A stretch of DNA of 40,846 bases from Alphaproteobacteria bacterium MarineAlpha10_Bin2 (GCA_002937555.1 PTKB01000001.1:1-40846); one strand, 5' to 3'; shown: positions 1-9,863, counted from the stretch's first letter. Numbers and translations: made by a program. Notes: a model not told the origin generated them from the letters alone.

Positions 1-1
1 C

Positions 2-1393
2 CACACACTGCGCGCCACCGGTTCGGTCATCGCCTTTGATGGTTTTCTCCGCCTCTATCAGGAGGGCCGGGACGATCCAAGCGGCGAGGATGGCGAGCGC
101 CGGCTGCCACAGGTACGTAAAGGCGAGGCGCTTGCCCTCGCCGCCGTCGTCCCGGAGCAGCACTTCACCGAGCCGCCGCCGCGCTTTTCGGAAGCGAGTC
201 TGGTCAAGGAGCTGGAGCGCCTCGGCATCGGCCGGCCATCGACTTATGCCTCGATCATCTCCGTGCTTCAGGACCGCAATTATGTGCGCCTCGTGCGGCG
301 CCGCTTCATCCCCGAGGATCGCGGCCGCATCGTCACCGTGTTTTTGGAAAATTTTTTCCGCCGCTATGTGGAATACGACTTCACCGCCGCGCTGGAAAGC
401 GAGCTCGACAACATTTCCAACGGCCAGATTGAATGGCACAAGGTGCTCGGCGATTTCTGGACCGATTTCAAGAGCGCCATCGACGAAACGGCGGAACTGC
501 GCATCAAACAGGTCATCGAAGTGCTCGATGAGGCATTGGCGCCGCATCTGTTTCCGGATTCCGAGGACGGGACGGACCCGCGCGTCTGTCCGTCCTGCGA
601 TGACGGGCGGCTCAATCTGAAGCTCGGCAAGCATGGCCCGTTCATCGGCTGCTCGAACTATCCGGAGTGCCGCCATACCCGCCCGCTTAACGGCGACGGC
701 GATGCGGATGCAGGGCCGCGAGAAATCGGCACACAACCGGAATCGGGACTGGCGATTACGCTGCGCAAGGGCCCGTTCGGCCATTACCTCCAATTGGGTG
801 AAACCGGAGAAGATGGCAAGAGCAAACCACGGCGCGTTTCGCTGCCGCGCGACGTGGTCCCGGACACCGTCGATTTGGAGACGGCCCTTGGCTTGCTGGC
901 GCTGCCACGCGATATCGGCCCTCATCCCGAAGGCGGCAAAATGATCACCGCCGGGATCGGGCGATTCGGCCCCTATGTCAAACATGACGGCAAGTTCAAA
1001 TCGCTCAAGAAAGACGATGATGTGCTCAGCATCGGCCTCAACCGGGCCATCAGTCTGCTGGCCGAAGTCAGCCAACGCGGCGCGTCGGTGCTGCGCGAGC
1101 TCGGCAATCACCCCGACGACGGCGCGCCGGTAACCGTGAAAGAAGGCCGCTACGGACCCTATGTCCAGCACAAGCGCACCAACGCCACGTTGCCCAAGGG
1201 CGTGGATCAAAACGCGATCAGCCTCGATGAGGCCTTGGTGCTGCTGGCGGCCAAGGCGGCGAAGAAGAAAGGCGGCGCAAAGAAGAAGAGCGCGGCAAAG
1301 TCCGGCGCCAAGAAGAAGACCGCCGCAAAGAAGAGAAAGAGTCCGGCCAAAATCGCCGTCGACGCCAACCACGACAGCACCGGGAATAGCTAG
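2..1393 (+). CDS. topA: DNA topoisomerase I, C-terminal part (5' end lies outside the window)
   Basis: The frame is open from position 2. It translates to ...RFSEASLVKELERLGIGRPSTYASIISVLQDRNYV..., followed by Zn-ribbon-like CPSC/C..C motifs (CPSCDDGRL, GCSNYPEC). It ends in a Lys/Ala-rich tail (AAKAAKKKGGAKKKSAAKSGAKKK). Confidence 0.9.
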   Translation, partial: HTLRATGSVIAFDGFLRLYQEGRDDPSGEDGERRLPQVRKGEALALAAVVPEQHFTEPPPRFSEASLVKELERLGIGRPSTYASIISVLQDRNYVRLVRRRFIPEDRGRIVTVFLENFFRRYVEYDFTAALESELDNISNGQIEWHKVLGDFWTDFKSAIDETAELRIKQVIEVLDEALAPHLFPDSEDGTDPRVCPSCDDGRLNLKLGKHGPFIGCSNYPECRHTRPLNGDGDADAGPREIGTQPESGLAITLRKGPFGHYLQLGETGEDGKSKPRRVSLPRDVVPDTVDLETALGLLALPRDIGPHPEGGKMITAGIGRFGPYVKHDGKFKSLKKDDDVLSIGLNRAISLLAEVSQRGASVLRELGNHPDDGAPVTVKEGRYGPYVQHKRTNATLPKGVDQNAISLDEALVLLAAKAAKKKGGAKKKSAAKSGAKKKTAAKKRKSPAKIAVDANHDSTGNS

Positions 1394-1397
1394 GCCC

Positions 1398-3644
1398 GTG
1401 CCCACCGGGCGCAGTGGACCCGCGCCTTTTCCCGACAAGGAACAAATCCGCCGTTTCATCGGCGAGAGTCATGGGCGGGTCGGCAAGCGCGAAATCGCTC
1501 GCGCATTCTCCATCTCCGGCGACCAGCGTGCTCGCCTGCGGGAGATGCTACGCGAACTTCGCGAAGAGGGCGTGTTCGACCGCCACGGAAGCGGCGCGGC
1601 CGGAAACGTAAGCCGGTTGCCCAACGTCTGTGTGCTAGAGGTCGAACGCATTGATGCCGACGGAGAACTGCTTGCCCGACCGGTTGGTGATTCCGAAGCA
1701 GCAGAATTTCCAATTATCTACATGTCGCCGCAAACACGCGGCCAGGGCGCGCTTGGCGTCGGCGACCGAGTGCTGGCGCGCTTGGAGCGGCGCGATGGCG
1801 GCAGCTATCAGGCATCGGCCATTCGGGTGCTCGATGGCGGCGGCAAGCGTGTCATCGGGCTCTTTATTGCCGGCGGCGACGGCGGGCGCATCCAACCGGC
1901 GGACAGGCGTGCGCGAAGCGATTATCTGGTAGCCGGCGAACATTGCGCGGGCGCCACATCTGGTGAACTCGTGCTGGCGGAATTGCTGCCGGGGCGCCAT
2001 CTCGGTCTGCCGCGGGCACGTGTGACCGAGCGTCTCGGCGATGGCGATGCGCCGCAAAGCATCAGCCTCTTGGCCATTCACGCCAATTTTATCCCCACCC
2101 TGTTTTCCGATGCCGCTTTGGCGCAAGCCGACAGCGCCCGGCCGGCGGTGCTCAATGGCCGCGCCGATTTTCGCACCATCCCCCTAGTCACAATCGACGG
2201 CATCGATGCGCGCGATTTCGACGATGCCGTCTGGGCCGAGGCCGACCCTGACCCGGCCAACCCGGGCGGCTGGCATATTCTCGTCGCCATCGCCGACGTC
2301 GCCCATTATGTCCGCCAAGGTGACGCGCTCGACACGGATGCGCGCGAGCGCGGCAATTCGGTCTATCTCCCCGACCGCGTCGTGCCGATGCTGCCGGAAG
2401 CGCTGTCCAACGGCCTCTGTTCCCTCAAACCTGATGAAGACCGCGCCTGCCTCGCCGTCCATATTTATCTGTCATCGGAAGGCGAGATAAGGCGCCATGA
2501 ATTCGTCCGCGGCCTGATGCGCTCCGCCGCCCGTCTAGATTATGCACAACTGCAAAAGGCGCTGGACGGTCACCCGGACGCCACGCTTGAGCGGCTGATG
2601 GCGGACGTCGTCGCGCCCCTGCACGGCGCCTATTTGGCGCTCGATGCAGCGCGGCACAAACGCGGCTCGCTCGAACTTGATCTTCCCGAGAGAGAAGTAA
2701 AGTTCGCGCCAGACGGCAGCGTCGCGCGCATCTCCGAAGCGCCGCGCTATGACAGCCACAAGCTGATCGAAGAGTTCATGATCGCAGCAAACGTCGCCGC
2801 GGCGGAAACCCTGGAGGCGCGGCGCGCGCCTTGCGTCTACCGGGTGCACGACCAGCCCGACGCCGCCAAGCTGGAGGGTCTGCGCGAGGAACTGGCCGAA
2901 CTCGGCCTCAAACTGTCGAAGAGCCGCCACATCAGCCCCCTCAACATCAATCAAATTCTCGCCAAGGCGGCGGACAGCCCCAACCGGCATCTCGTCAACA
3001 CCCTGGTGCTGCGCGCCCAGGCGCGGGCCGAATATTCGCCCGGCAATTTCGGCCATTTCGGCCTCGGCCTCAAACGCTACGCCCATTTCACCTCTCCCAT
3101 CCGGCGCTATGCTGATTTGCTCGTCCACCGCGCCCTGATCGCAGCGCTGGGTATTGGCGAAGACGGACTGCCGGGCGGCACCGAGGCGGAATTCGGCGAA
3201 ATATGTGCGCATATTTCAGGCACCGAGCGGCGCGCCGTCGCCGCCGAGCGCGACGCTATGGACCGCTACACCGCCGCCTATTTGGCGACCCGCGTCGGCG
3301 CTGATTTTCCCGGCCGCGTTTCGGGTGTGGCGCGCTTTGGGCTGTTTATTGAGCTCGACGAAACTGGTGCGGACGGTCTCGTTCCGGCGCGTTCTCTCGG
3401 CGCGTCGCGCCCGCGCCATGATCCGGTACGCCATTCGCTCACCTTCGGCAAAACGCATGTAACCATCGGCGACCGGGTCGTGGTGCGCCTCGAAGAAGCG
3501 GACGCGCTGACCGGCGGCATGATCTTCGAGCTTCTCGAAGTCAACGGAAAGCCATGGAAACAGCGCGCCGCATCGAATTCTTCGAAGCCTCGCGGCCGAT
3601 CCGCTAAGGCCGGCAAACGCGGCAAGCGGCGCAAGGGAAAATAG
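1398..3644 (+). CDS. rnr: Ribonuclease R (RNB-family 3'-5' exoribonuclease with C-terminal S1 domain and basic tail)
   Basis: Translation carries the RNB core (TIDGIDARDFDDAVWAE, SVYLPDRVVPMLPEALSNGLCSL, HFGLGLKRYAHFTSPIRRYADLLVHRAL) and an S1-like end (GRVSGVARFGLFIELDE). The ATG at 1161 would overlap topA by 230 nt. The in-frame GTG at 1398 just after the topA stop is more plausible, but the start is uncertain. Confidence 0.88.
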   Translation: MPTGRSGPAPFPDKEQIRRFIGESHGRVGKREIARAFSISGDQRARLREMLRELREEGVFDRHGSGAAGNVSRLPNVCVLEVERIDADGELLARPVGDSEAAEFPIIYMSPQTRGQGALGVGDRVLARLERRDGGSYQASAIRVLDGGGKRVIGLFIAGGDGGRIQPADRRARSDYLVAGEHCAGATSGELVLAELLPGRHLGLPRARVTERLGDGDAPQSISLLAIHANFIPTLFSDAALAQADSARPAVLNGRADFRTIPLVTIDGIDARDFDDAVWAEADPDPANPGGWHILVAIADVAHYVRQGDALDTDARERGNSVYLPDRVVPMLPEALSNGLCSLKPDEDRACLAVHIYLSSEGEIRRHEFVRGLMRSAARLDYAQLQKALDGHPDATLERLMADVVAPLHGAYLALDAARHKRGSLELDLPEREVKFAPDGSVARISEAPRYDSHKLIEEFMIAANVAAAETLEARRAPCVYRVHDQPDAAKLEGLREELAELGLKLSKSRHISPLNINQILAKAADSPNRHLVNTLVLRAQARAEYSPGNFGHFGLGLKRYAHFTSPIRRYADLLVHRALIAALGIGEDGLPGGTEAEFGEICAHISGTERRAVAAERDAMDRYTAAYLATRVGADFPGRVSGVARFGLFIELDETGADGLVPARSLGASRPRHDPVRHSLTFGKTHVTIGDRVVVRLEEADALTGGMIFELLEVNGKPWKQRAASNSSKPRGRSAKAGKRGKRRKGK

Positions 3645-3719
3645 CCGCCTCCGCCCGCTCTGGCGCCAACGACATTCCTGCGCTACGCTTGGCGCGTTCG
3701 GGAGACAAGGGAGACAGGC

Positions 3720-3953
3720 GTGGCCAAACCATCGCCGTCGCAACGCCGCTGGCTGGAACGCGGAATCTCGCAGCCGGGTGGAAAATTACCGCTGTTCGAC
3801 GGTGACGGACAGCAAATCTCAAGGCGCACCGTACGCGCCTGTCTCGACGTCGGCTGGGCTGAGCCATGGCGTCACAACCCGATCAAGCCGGATTGGCTGA
3901 TTTGCCGCATCACGCCCGAGGGGCGCGCGGCAATCGGCAGCGCCCAAGAATAG
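3720..3953 (+). CDS. Small hypothetical protein (77 aa), GTG start
   Basis: ORF with a purine-rich GGGAGA stretch a few nt upstream of the GTG. Codon third positions are GC-biased like the neighbouring genes. I recognise no domain. Confidence 0.4.
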   Translation: MAKPSPSQRRWLERGISQPGGKLPLFDGDGQQISRRTVRACLDVGWAEPWRHNPIKPDWLICRITPEGRAAIGSAQE

Positions 3954-3968
3954 AAGCGCCACTCCGCC

Positions 3969-5162
3969 GTGACACAAGACAAAGCGGCGACGCCCGAGGC
4001 GTCGGATCGCGAAACGCGTCATACGACGCCGCGCGCCATGATCGCCGTCATCGCCTGCGCCGGGCTGGTCGGTCTCGCCTTTGGCTATTCCCTGCCGCTG
4101 CTCTCCGTCGTCATGGAGAACGCAGGCATCAGTTCCATCTTGATCGGCCTCAGCGCCGCCAGCGAATCAGCCGCCATTCTTTTGTTCGGTCCGTTAGTGC
4201 CGCGCATGATCGGTGCTCTCGGCCTCAGGAACGCGATGTTTGCGGCCACATTGGTCGGCGTCGTCGCGCTCGGCGCGTTGGCATTTTTCGATCCGCTTTA
4301 CGCGTGGTTTCCACTCCGATTTGTGCTCGGCGGCGCCATCTTCCTGGTCCTCATCGCTAGCGATATTTGGATTACCCAAGGCGCCAGCGCCAAGCGGCGC
4401 GGGCGAATGATTGCCATCTACGGCACCGCCATCACCGGCGGCATGGCCGTCGGGCCGCTGTTGGTTCCGCTTATCGGCAGCGACGGCCAGTTACCCATAT
4501 TCGTCGGCGCCGCCATCCTGGCCAGCGCCGTCCTGCCGCTATTCTTTGCTTACGGCCCGGCGCCGGCAATGGAGCAGGCCGGCAAGCTGCGCCCGCTGAC
4601 CTTGCTGTTGGCGATGCCATTGCTGGTCGCCGCCGTATTCGCGTTCGGCTTCATCGATTCCTCGGGGCTCTCGCTGCTGCCGGTTTACGGCCTCCATCTC
4701 TCTATGGATGAGGAAGCTTCCTTCTTCCTGGTGACGGTTCTCGTCGCAGGCTCAATCCTGTTGCAATTCCCGATCGGCTGGCTTGCCGACCGCATCGACC
4801 GCTTTCGCGTGCTGCAGATATGCGCCCTGGCCGGCGCGGCGGCGGCGGTACTCTTGCCGCTTTCCCTCGGCACCGATTGGGCGATGTGGAGCTGTCTGTT
4901 CGTCATTGGCGGCACCATGGTGGGCCTTTACACCATTTCCCTGGCGATTCTCGGAGACCGCTACTCCGGCGGCGAACTGGCCGCCGCCGTCACGCTGATC
5001 GCCATGATCCTTGCCGGCGGCTCCACGCTCGGACCGCTGATCGGCGGCGGCGCCATCGAGCTTTGGGACCCCTATGGGCTGAATGCCGTATTTATCGGTG
5101 CTTTTTGCCTGGTATTGGCGCTCGCCCTTTTTCTCGGCTTGCGGCGACGCAGCGGCACTTGA
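3969..5162 (+). CDS. MFS-type transporter (about 12 predicted TM helices)
   Basis: A 397-aa, very hydrophobic protein with repeated helical segments and an MFS-like loop ([11 protein letters not shown]). The start could be GTG at 3969 or ATG at 4038. Confidence 0.75.
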   Translation: MTQDKAATPEASDRETRHTTPRAMIAVIACAGLVGLAFGYSLPLLSVVMENAGISSILIGLSAASESAAILLFGPLVPRMIGALGLRNAMFAATLVGVVALGALAFFDPLYAWFPLRFVLGGAIFLVLIASDIWITQGASAKRRGRMIAIYGTAITGGMAVGPLLVPLIGSDGQLPIFVGAAILASAVLPLFFAYGPAPAMEQAGKLRPLTLLLAMPLLVAAVFAFGFIDSSGLSLLPVYGLHLSMDEEASFFLVTVLVAGSILLQFPIGWLADRIDRFRVLQICALAGAAAAVLLPLSLGTDWAMWSCLFVIGGTMVGLYTISLAILGDRYSGGELAAAVTLIAMILAGGSTLGPLIGGGAIELWDPYGLNAVFIGAFCLVLALALFLGLRRRSGT

Positions 5163-5171
5163 CAGGGATTA

Positions 5172-5200
5172 GGCGGGCTGTATTGTCCGCCCGGTTATTT
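5172..5200 (+). terminator. Candidate intrinsic terminator after the MFS gene
   Basis: Hairpin GGCGGGC-TGTATT-GTCCGCC (7 bp, one G.U pair) followed by the T-rich CGGTTATTTG. Confidence 0.35.
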
Positions 5201-5227
5201 GTCCCGAAAAAACCCAGAATCCGAACC

Positions 5228-5395
5228 ATGGCCAAGGCAAACAGCATCTTAATCAAGCTCGTCAGTTCGGCTGGCACCGGCTTCTATTACACGACGCGGA
5301 AAAATCCGAAAACGCTGACCGAGAAGATGGTATTGCGCAAATTCGACCCCGTCGCGCGCAAGCATGTCGAGTTCAAAGAAGCCAAGATAAAGTAA
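5228..5395 (+). CDS. rpmG: 50S ribosomal protein L33
   Basis: The 55-aa translation [55 protein letters not shown] is a typical L33. It starts at an internal ATG of the long track ORF 4820..5395. Confidence 0.95.
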   Translation: MAKANSILIKLVSSAGTGFYYTTRKNPKTLTEKMVLRKFDPVARKHVEFKEAKIK

Positions 5396-5410
5396 CGGGC
5401 GCTTGGCGCC

Positions 5411-5929
5411 ATGCCATCAATGACAAGCCGTTCTTTCTCGGCCTTAAGGGGACGGGGGCGTTTTCCGTTACGCTTGTTTCTCCCCGCTCTCCTGTTCGCC
5501 GCGATCTTCTCCTTTGCCGGCGGTTTCGCCGCGGCCGAGCCGACGCCCGGGTGGAAAGCCTTTACCGCTGGCGCGCACGATAAGGCCGAAGCCATCTGGC
5601 GGCCGCTCGCCGAAAACGGCGATTACCATGCGGCTTTCGGCATGGGCGTTCTCGCACAAACGCGGGATCGATATGAAGAAGCCGCGCGCTGGTACGAACA
5701 GGCGGCGCGCGCCGGGCTGACCAGCGCCCAGGTGCTGCTGGGGTCGATGTATATCGATGGACGCGGCGTGCCGCGCGATGCGGTGCGCGCCTATGCCTGG
5801 CTACATCGCGCCACATTGGACGGTCACAACAACGCCGCCCGGGCGCGCGACGCGGTGGGCGCGGCGCTGACGCCGGCTCAGCTGGCGGAGGCGGAAGCGC
5901 TAAGCCTGACGCTGAGGACGCCCCGATAA
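5411..5929 (+). CDS. Secreted Sel1-like repeat (TPR-related) protein
   Basis: N-terminal signal-like segment (LFLPALLFAAIFSFAGGFAAAEP) followed by Sel1-type repeats (A..WYEQAARAGLTSAQVLLGSMYIDGRGVPRDAVRAYAWLHRA). Confidence 0.75.
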   Translation: MPSMTSRSFSALRGRGRFPLRLFLPALLFAAIFSFAGGFAAAEPTPGWKAFTAGAHDKAEAIWRPLAENGDYHAAFGMGVLAQTRDRYEEAARWYEQAARAGLTSAQVLLGSMYIDGRGVPRDAVRAYAWLHRATLDGHNNAARARDAVGAALTPAQLAEAEALSLTLRTPR

Positions 5930-5955
5930 ATCTATAATTTCTCTAACGGCCGCTC

Positions 5956-7323
5956 TCAGGCGGCGATGACAACGCAATCGCGCCCGCCGCGCTTTGCCGC
6001 GTAGAGCGCTTCATCAGCGCGTTTCAACTGTTCATCCGGCGTTTCGGACGCGCTTTCGCGCATCGCCACACCGACGCTGACTGTAATATCCAGACTTCCG
6101 CTGGGTGTGGTGGCGGTCATCGGCACCCCGGCGATATCCTCGCGGATTCGCTCTGCGACCAATTGCGCGTTGTCCTCGGTAGCGTTGGTTACGACAATGA
6201 GAAATTCTTCGCCGCCCAATCGCGCCGCCAAATCCTGACCGCGCACGATCTCTTGCAGACGCGCCGATAATTCCTTGAGCACTTGGTCGCCGACGTCGTG
6301 CCCATAGGTGTCGTTAACACTCTTGAAATGGTCGATGTCGACCATGATGAGGGCGAAATTGCGGTCCTCGGTGCTCGGACGCTGTGAGAGGCCGGCGAGA
6401 TGGCGTGTCACAAATCGTCTGTTGTAAAGCCCGGTGAGTCCGTCCGTGAACGCCATGTCGACGCTTTTTTCCAGTGCGCCGCGCAATTCCTCATGATAGC
6501 GCCGGTGGCTCGATTGGGTGAGCGCTCGCGCTCGCGCTTCACTGAAATCTACCGGCCGCATGATGTAATCGTTGACGCCCAGTTCGAGCGCCTTGCTCAC
6601 CAATTTCGGCTCGGAATTATCGACGATGACCAATATTGGGATATAGCGGGTCTCGACATGCGAGCGAAGCTGCGAGCACAGCCGCAGCGGATCGCCTTCA
6701 CTCAGACTGAGGCTCACGAACGCCATGTCGTAGCTTTGCTCTCGAGCATGCTGCATCGCCGTGCCCGTTTCAGAGAACACATCCAAATGGCTATTTTCGT
6801 CAAATATCGAGGCGATCAGATCGCCTTCCATGGCGTCTTCACCGACGAATAAAACGCGATTTCCGTGCAACAGCTCATCGCGGTTTTCGACATCGCGCAG
6901 GATATTCATCTGGCGCGACGTCTCCTCGCGCAAGCGAAGCTCGTCCAACAGCAATTTTACCCGCAACAACGAGCGCACCCGGGCAAACAGCGCCAAGTCG
7001 CGCACCGGCTTGGTGAGAAAATCATCGGCGCCGGCTTCGAGTCCGGTGACGCGGTCCGATTGTTCGCTGAGCGCCGTTACCATGATCACCGGAAGGAGCG
7101 CGGTTGCCGGATTTGCCTTGATGCGCCGGCACACCTCAAAACCATCCATATCCGGCATCATTACGTCGAGGAGGACGATATCGGGCGGCGCGGATTCTAT
7201 GATCTCAAGCGCTTCCCGGCCGCCGCTAGCGGTAATGACATCGTAATATTCTGCCGAAAGCTTGGCTTCCAGCAGCCTGACATTGACAGGAATATCGTCG
7301 ACAACGAGGACGCGGGCGGACAT
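5956..7323 (-). CDS. pleD: PleD-type response regulator diguanylate cyclase (REC-REC-GGDEF)
   Basis: Begins MSARVLVVDDIPVNVRLLEAKL...DVMMPDMDGFEV (REC1), then a second receiver-like domain. The GGDEF domain has an RGQD I-site five residues before GGEEF. I chose the ATG at 7323 because PleD homologues begin M-x-A-R-I/V-L-V-V-D-D. The track ORF extends to 7395. Confidence 0.85.
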   Translation of the reverse strand: MSARVLVVDDIPVNVRLLEAKLSAEYYDVITASGGREALEIIESAPPDIVLLDVMMPDMDGFEVCRRIKANPATALLPVIMVTALSEQSDRVTGLEAGADDFLTKPVRDLALFARVRSLLRVKLLLDELRLREETSRQMNILRDVENRDELLHGNRVLFVGEDAMEGDLIASIFDENSHLDVFSETGTAMQHAREQSYDMAFVSLSLSEGDPLRLCSQLRSHVETRYIPILVIVDNSEPKLVSKALELGVNDYIMRPVDFSEARARALTQSSHRRYHEELRGALEKSVDMAFTDGLTGLYNRRFVTRHLAGLSQRPSTEDRNFALIMVDIDHFKSVNDTYGHDVGDQVLKELSARLQEIVRGQDLAARLGGEEFLIVVTNATEDNAQLVAERIREDIAGVPMTATTPSGSLDITVSVGVAMRESASETPDEQLKRADEALYAAKRGGRDCVVIAA

Positions 7324-7434
7324 TTTGTTGCTTACTGCCTCAACCTGATTGCGAAGTTGAACACCGGGCACGTCGCGGCATTCGATGTGGCTCATGTCTA
7401 AGCTGCTGGGAGTCTACCGCCCGATGGTTAAGGT

Positions 7435-8112
7435 ATGGTTATGATGATTTCGACCCACCCAAATGTCGGCGACCAGCTTGCGATGTTGGATCTTGACCCC
7501 GCCAAACCGCTTATCCTGTGCGATGCCGATGAAGTATTGCTCGCATTTATGGCCGCCTTCGAGCGATTCTTGCATAGCTGCGGCTATTACTATATGTGGC
7601 GCTCTTACGCGCTTGACGGCAATGTCCGACGGCGCGCCGACGGCAGTGAAGTTTCCAAAGGCCAGGTGCGCGGGCTTATCGAAGAATTTTACGCCGACCA
7701 TGCCGCGACGTTGGCGCCCGTCGCCGGCGCGGCGGAAGCCCTCGAGCGGCTTTCTACGAGGGTGGGAATCATAGTCCTGACAAATCTCTGGCGCGAGCAC
7801 CTGGAAGCGCGCCAACACCAGCTCGCCGGCCATGGACTGCCTTATCCGGTGATTTCCAACATCGGCTCCAAGGGCCCACCCGTGGCGTGGTTCGCCGAAC
7901 GTCTTCAGACGCCGCTCTATTTCATCGACGATAGCCCGCGCCACCACAGTTCGGTTGCACGCGACGCAGAGCGCGCGGTGCGCATTCATTTTGTCGCCGA
8001 GCGCCGGCTTTCGGGCTTTCTGGGCCCGGCGGCGGACAGCCATTACCGCACCGATACTTGGACGTCCGCACGCCAAGTTATCGAACGCGACCTCGCGGCC
8101 AAGGGATATTAA
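7435..8112 (+). CDS. HAD-superfamily-like hydrolase (hypothetical)
   Basis: Motif I-like LILCDADEVLL (DxDxV) near the N-terminus and a late FIDDSPRH (motif IV-like). I recognise no closer family. Confidence 0.5.
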   Translation: MVMMISTHPNVGDQLAMLDLDPAKPLILCDADEVLLAFMAAFERFLHSCGYYYMWRSYALDGNVRRRADGSEVSKGQVRGLIEEFYADHAATLAPVAGAAEALERLSTRVGIIVLTNLWREHLEARQHQLAGHGLPYPVISNIGSKGPPVAWFAERLQTPLYFIDDSPRHHSSVARDAERAVRIHFVAERRLSGFLGPAADSHYRTDTWTSARQVIERDLAAKGY

Positions 8113-8132
8113 GAATGCGCTGGGTGGCCGAT

Positions 8133-8954
8133 CTAACAGTCCGGCGCGGCAATCTCTTCGTACAGTTCCAACACCGCGCGGACGGCGAAATTGCCGTAAT
8201 CGATATCATAGTGATGCGCCACACCGAATGCGTTAATTAGCGCGCCGACTTCAAAATCCGGCTCCACGTCGCCGCCCTGGATCGGGAAATAGGCCATGCG
8301 GACTGGCCACACCTCTTCGCCCGCCGATGCGTCCCCGTCACTTGCGCCGGGTAGCGCATGCATGCGCGGCGCGGCGAAAACGGTCGACACCTCATAGGTG
8401 CCTTCAATGGTCGAGCCATCGAACATCAATGCCGAATAGCGTCTTTCGCCGGCGCGCATGCTGGCCATCATGCGGCGCGAATATTCGCTCGGGAACAGGG
8501 TGCCTTCGGGCAAATCCGCGCTGACGGCATCCGGCTTCGAATACACCACCGTTCCGGCGCCGCCGGAAGCGGACAGGCTTGCCTCGCCTTCGATATTGTC
8601 TATCACGCCACCATTGGCAAAATGACTGGATTGAAAACGCAATTTCATGCCGTCTTTGGCTTCCCATCCGGAAAAAGTCAAACCGATTTGATTGTTGGTA
8701 TCTTGCGACGTGGCCAGGATCAGGTTGGTATGCTGATTCACATTCCAACCGTCGCAGGCATCCACCCATTCGAAATACATTTCGCCCGAAGCGCCGATAA
8801 TTCCGCTCGATGATTCTGCGGAGGCGAGCGACATCCGATAGAGACCGCGGTGCGGTGTGAACCATCTATCGGCGGCAGCCGCGAGAGACGGTGCCGACAA
8901 CCAGCCTGCAGCCACCAGGCAAAGCGTTAGAATGAACGCCAATTTTCGTTTCAT
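8133..8954 (-). CDS. eipB: Periplasmic DUF1849 / EipB-family cell-envelope integrity protein
   Basis: Signal peptide MKRKLAFILTLCLVAAGWLSAPSLAAAA, then PHRGLYRMSL...GEMYFEW.DACDGW... and the C-terminal ...DYGNFAVRAVLELYEEIAAPDC, the pattern I recall for alphaproteobacterial DUF1849. The start is set at the signal-peptide Met (8954) rather than at 9077. Confidence 0.7.
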   Translation of the reverse strand: MKRKLAFILTLCLVAAGWLSAPSLAAAADRWFTPHRGLYRMSLASAESSSGIIGASGEMYFEWVDACDGWNVNQHTNLILATSQDTNNQIGLTFSGWEAKDGMKLRFQSSHFANGGVIDNIEGEASLSASGGAGTVVYSKPDAVSADLPEGTLFPSEYSRRMMASMRAGERRYSALMFDGSTIEGTYEVSTVFAAPRMHALPGASDGDASAGEEVWPVRMAYFPIQGGDVEPDFEVGALINAFGVAHHYDIDYGNFAVRAVLELYEEIAAPDC

Positions 8955-9233
8955 CGTCACCGTCGCTGCGTTTGTTATCATGCGCCGCCAACACCATGGC
9001 GCCACGGCCAGCATGTCCGATTCGGGACGACCGGTAAAGGCGTCGCGGGCGGTCAAATGTTCCGCGCAACGGTGCAAACGGGCTGCAATATTTTCCGCCT
9101 CCGCGCTACGCCCCCGTAATTTGTTGATTTAGCGTAGAATTTTTCTGGCATGCCGCTTGCACCTCACGAACCATAATTGCGCCGCCAGACAACCGCGGCT
9201 TCGACGACCCATTTTGCTAAAGGAGTGTGTGGT

Positions 9234-9665
9234 ATGGCCCATTCGACGACGACGGTAGAGGAATTTCCGGAGCCCGGATCCGAACTTGCGATCAGTGTCG
9301 GCGCGATCGCCGAGAAGCTGTTGCAAACCATTCGCGACAAAGGGGACCGTACGGATTCCGATCAACGTGGCCTGTTAGAGCGCGCCCTCGCGGTGGCGAC
9401 CGAGGCCGAACAGCGTTTGGCCGAGCAGAGCCGGCGCATTGCCTTGTTGGAAATGCTGACGCTGACCGATGAGGTCACCAGCCTAATGAACCGACATGAT
9501 GCTGTTGATGAAAACCCTATGTATGTCTTCAAGGCGGACACGAAATACAAAGAGAATATTGAATATGAGGTTTGGTTGGAATTGCTAAAACGGCAGGACA
9601 AACAGGACAAACGGATTATGAGCAAACTTATGAACCGGCGTATTGGAAAAATGCCGCGTGGGTGA
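9234..9665 (+). pseudogene. 5' fragment of a GGDEF diguanylate-cyclase gene, reading out into an AT-rich insert
   Basis: AAGGAG lies 7 nt upstream of the ATG at 9234. The N-terminal helical region ends ...LEMLTLTDEVTSLMNR, the canonical entry to a GGDEF domain. About 57 codons of AT-rich sequence follow, then TGA at 9663-9665. Confidence 0.6.
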
Positions 9666-9779
9666 GGGCTAAAATCCAAAAGATGTTGAAAACCTACAAC
9701 TGCAATAAGGTGTCTTTGAGAAATACCGAAGGTAGGGGCTGAAAACTGACGCCAAATCGGTTGCACTTCCCGCAAAAAT

Positions 9780-9815
9780 CTACCAATTCACCTACCAACA
9801 GACCTACCAACAACA
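9780..9815 (+). repeat. 3 x 12-nt tandem repeat with CTACCAA core
   Basis: CTACCAATTCAC / CTACCAACAGAC / CTACCAACAACA, starting at 9780, 9792 and 9804. The complementary GGTAGG occurs at 9731-9736. Confidence 0.8.
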
Positions 9816-9842
9816 ATAATAATACCCATAAAATCAAATAGA

Positions 9843-9848
9843 TATAAT
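9843..9848 (+). promoter_or_regulatory. Consensus -10-like TATAAT box at the right end of the insert, 15 nt upstream of the ATG at 9864
   Basis: Exact TATAAT at 9843-9848. There is no convincing -35 at 17-nt spacing. TTGCAC at 9761-9766 is too far away. Function is speculative. Confidence 0.25.
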
Positions 9849-9863
9849 GAACTCACCGGACTG

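Larger units (their letters stand above)
9495..9848. other. Low-GC intervening sequence inside the GGDEF gene (origin unknown)
   Basis: Hand count gives 141 G+C in 9501-9850 (about 40%) versus 69 G+C in 9861-9960. It is bounded by 24-nt repeats at 9471-9494 and 9849-9872 (18/24 identical) that lie exactly 378 nt apart. I could not find terminal inverted repeats, and it has no ORF with a recognisable domain. Confidence 0.6.

Noticed and set aside
1161-1397. Long N-terminal extension of the RNase R ORF (Arg/Pro-rich) overlapping the topA 3' end
   Set aside because: It is the out-of-frame reading of the Lys/Ala-rich topA tail. It has no RNase R similarity, and a GTG at 1398 immediately after the topA stop gives a normal N-terminus.
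7324-7395. Upstream ATG (7395) as the pleD start
   Set aside because: The extra 24 aa (MSHIECRDVPGVQLRNQVEAVSNK) have no counterpart in PleD proteins. The family starts M-x-A-R-I/V-L-V-V-D-D, which matches the ATG at 7323.
9495-9848. The insert as a group I or group II intron, an intein or a standard IS/MITE
   Set aside because: It has multiple in-frame stops and no intein blocks. I found no terminal inverted repeats. I could not recognise a group II domain V/VI-like structure or a group I core, though I cannot fold it rigorously by eye. This remains untested rather than excluded, so a cmscan is proposed in the findings.
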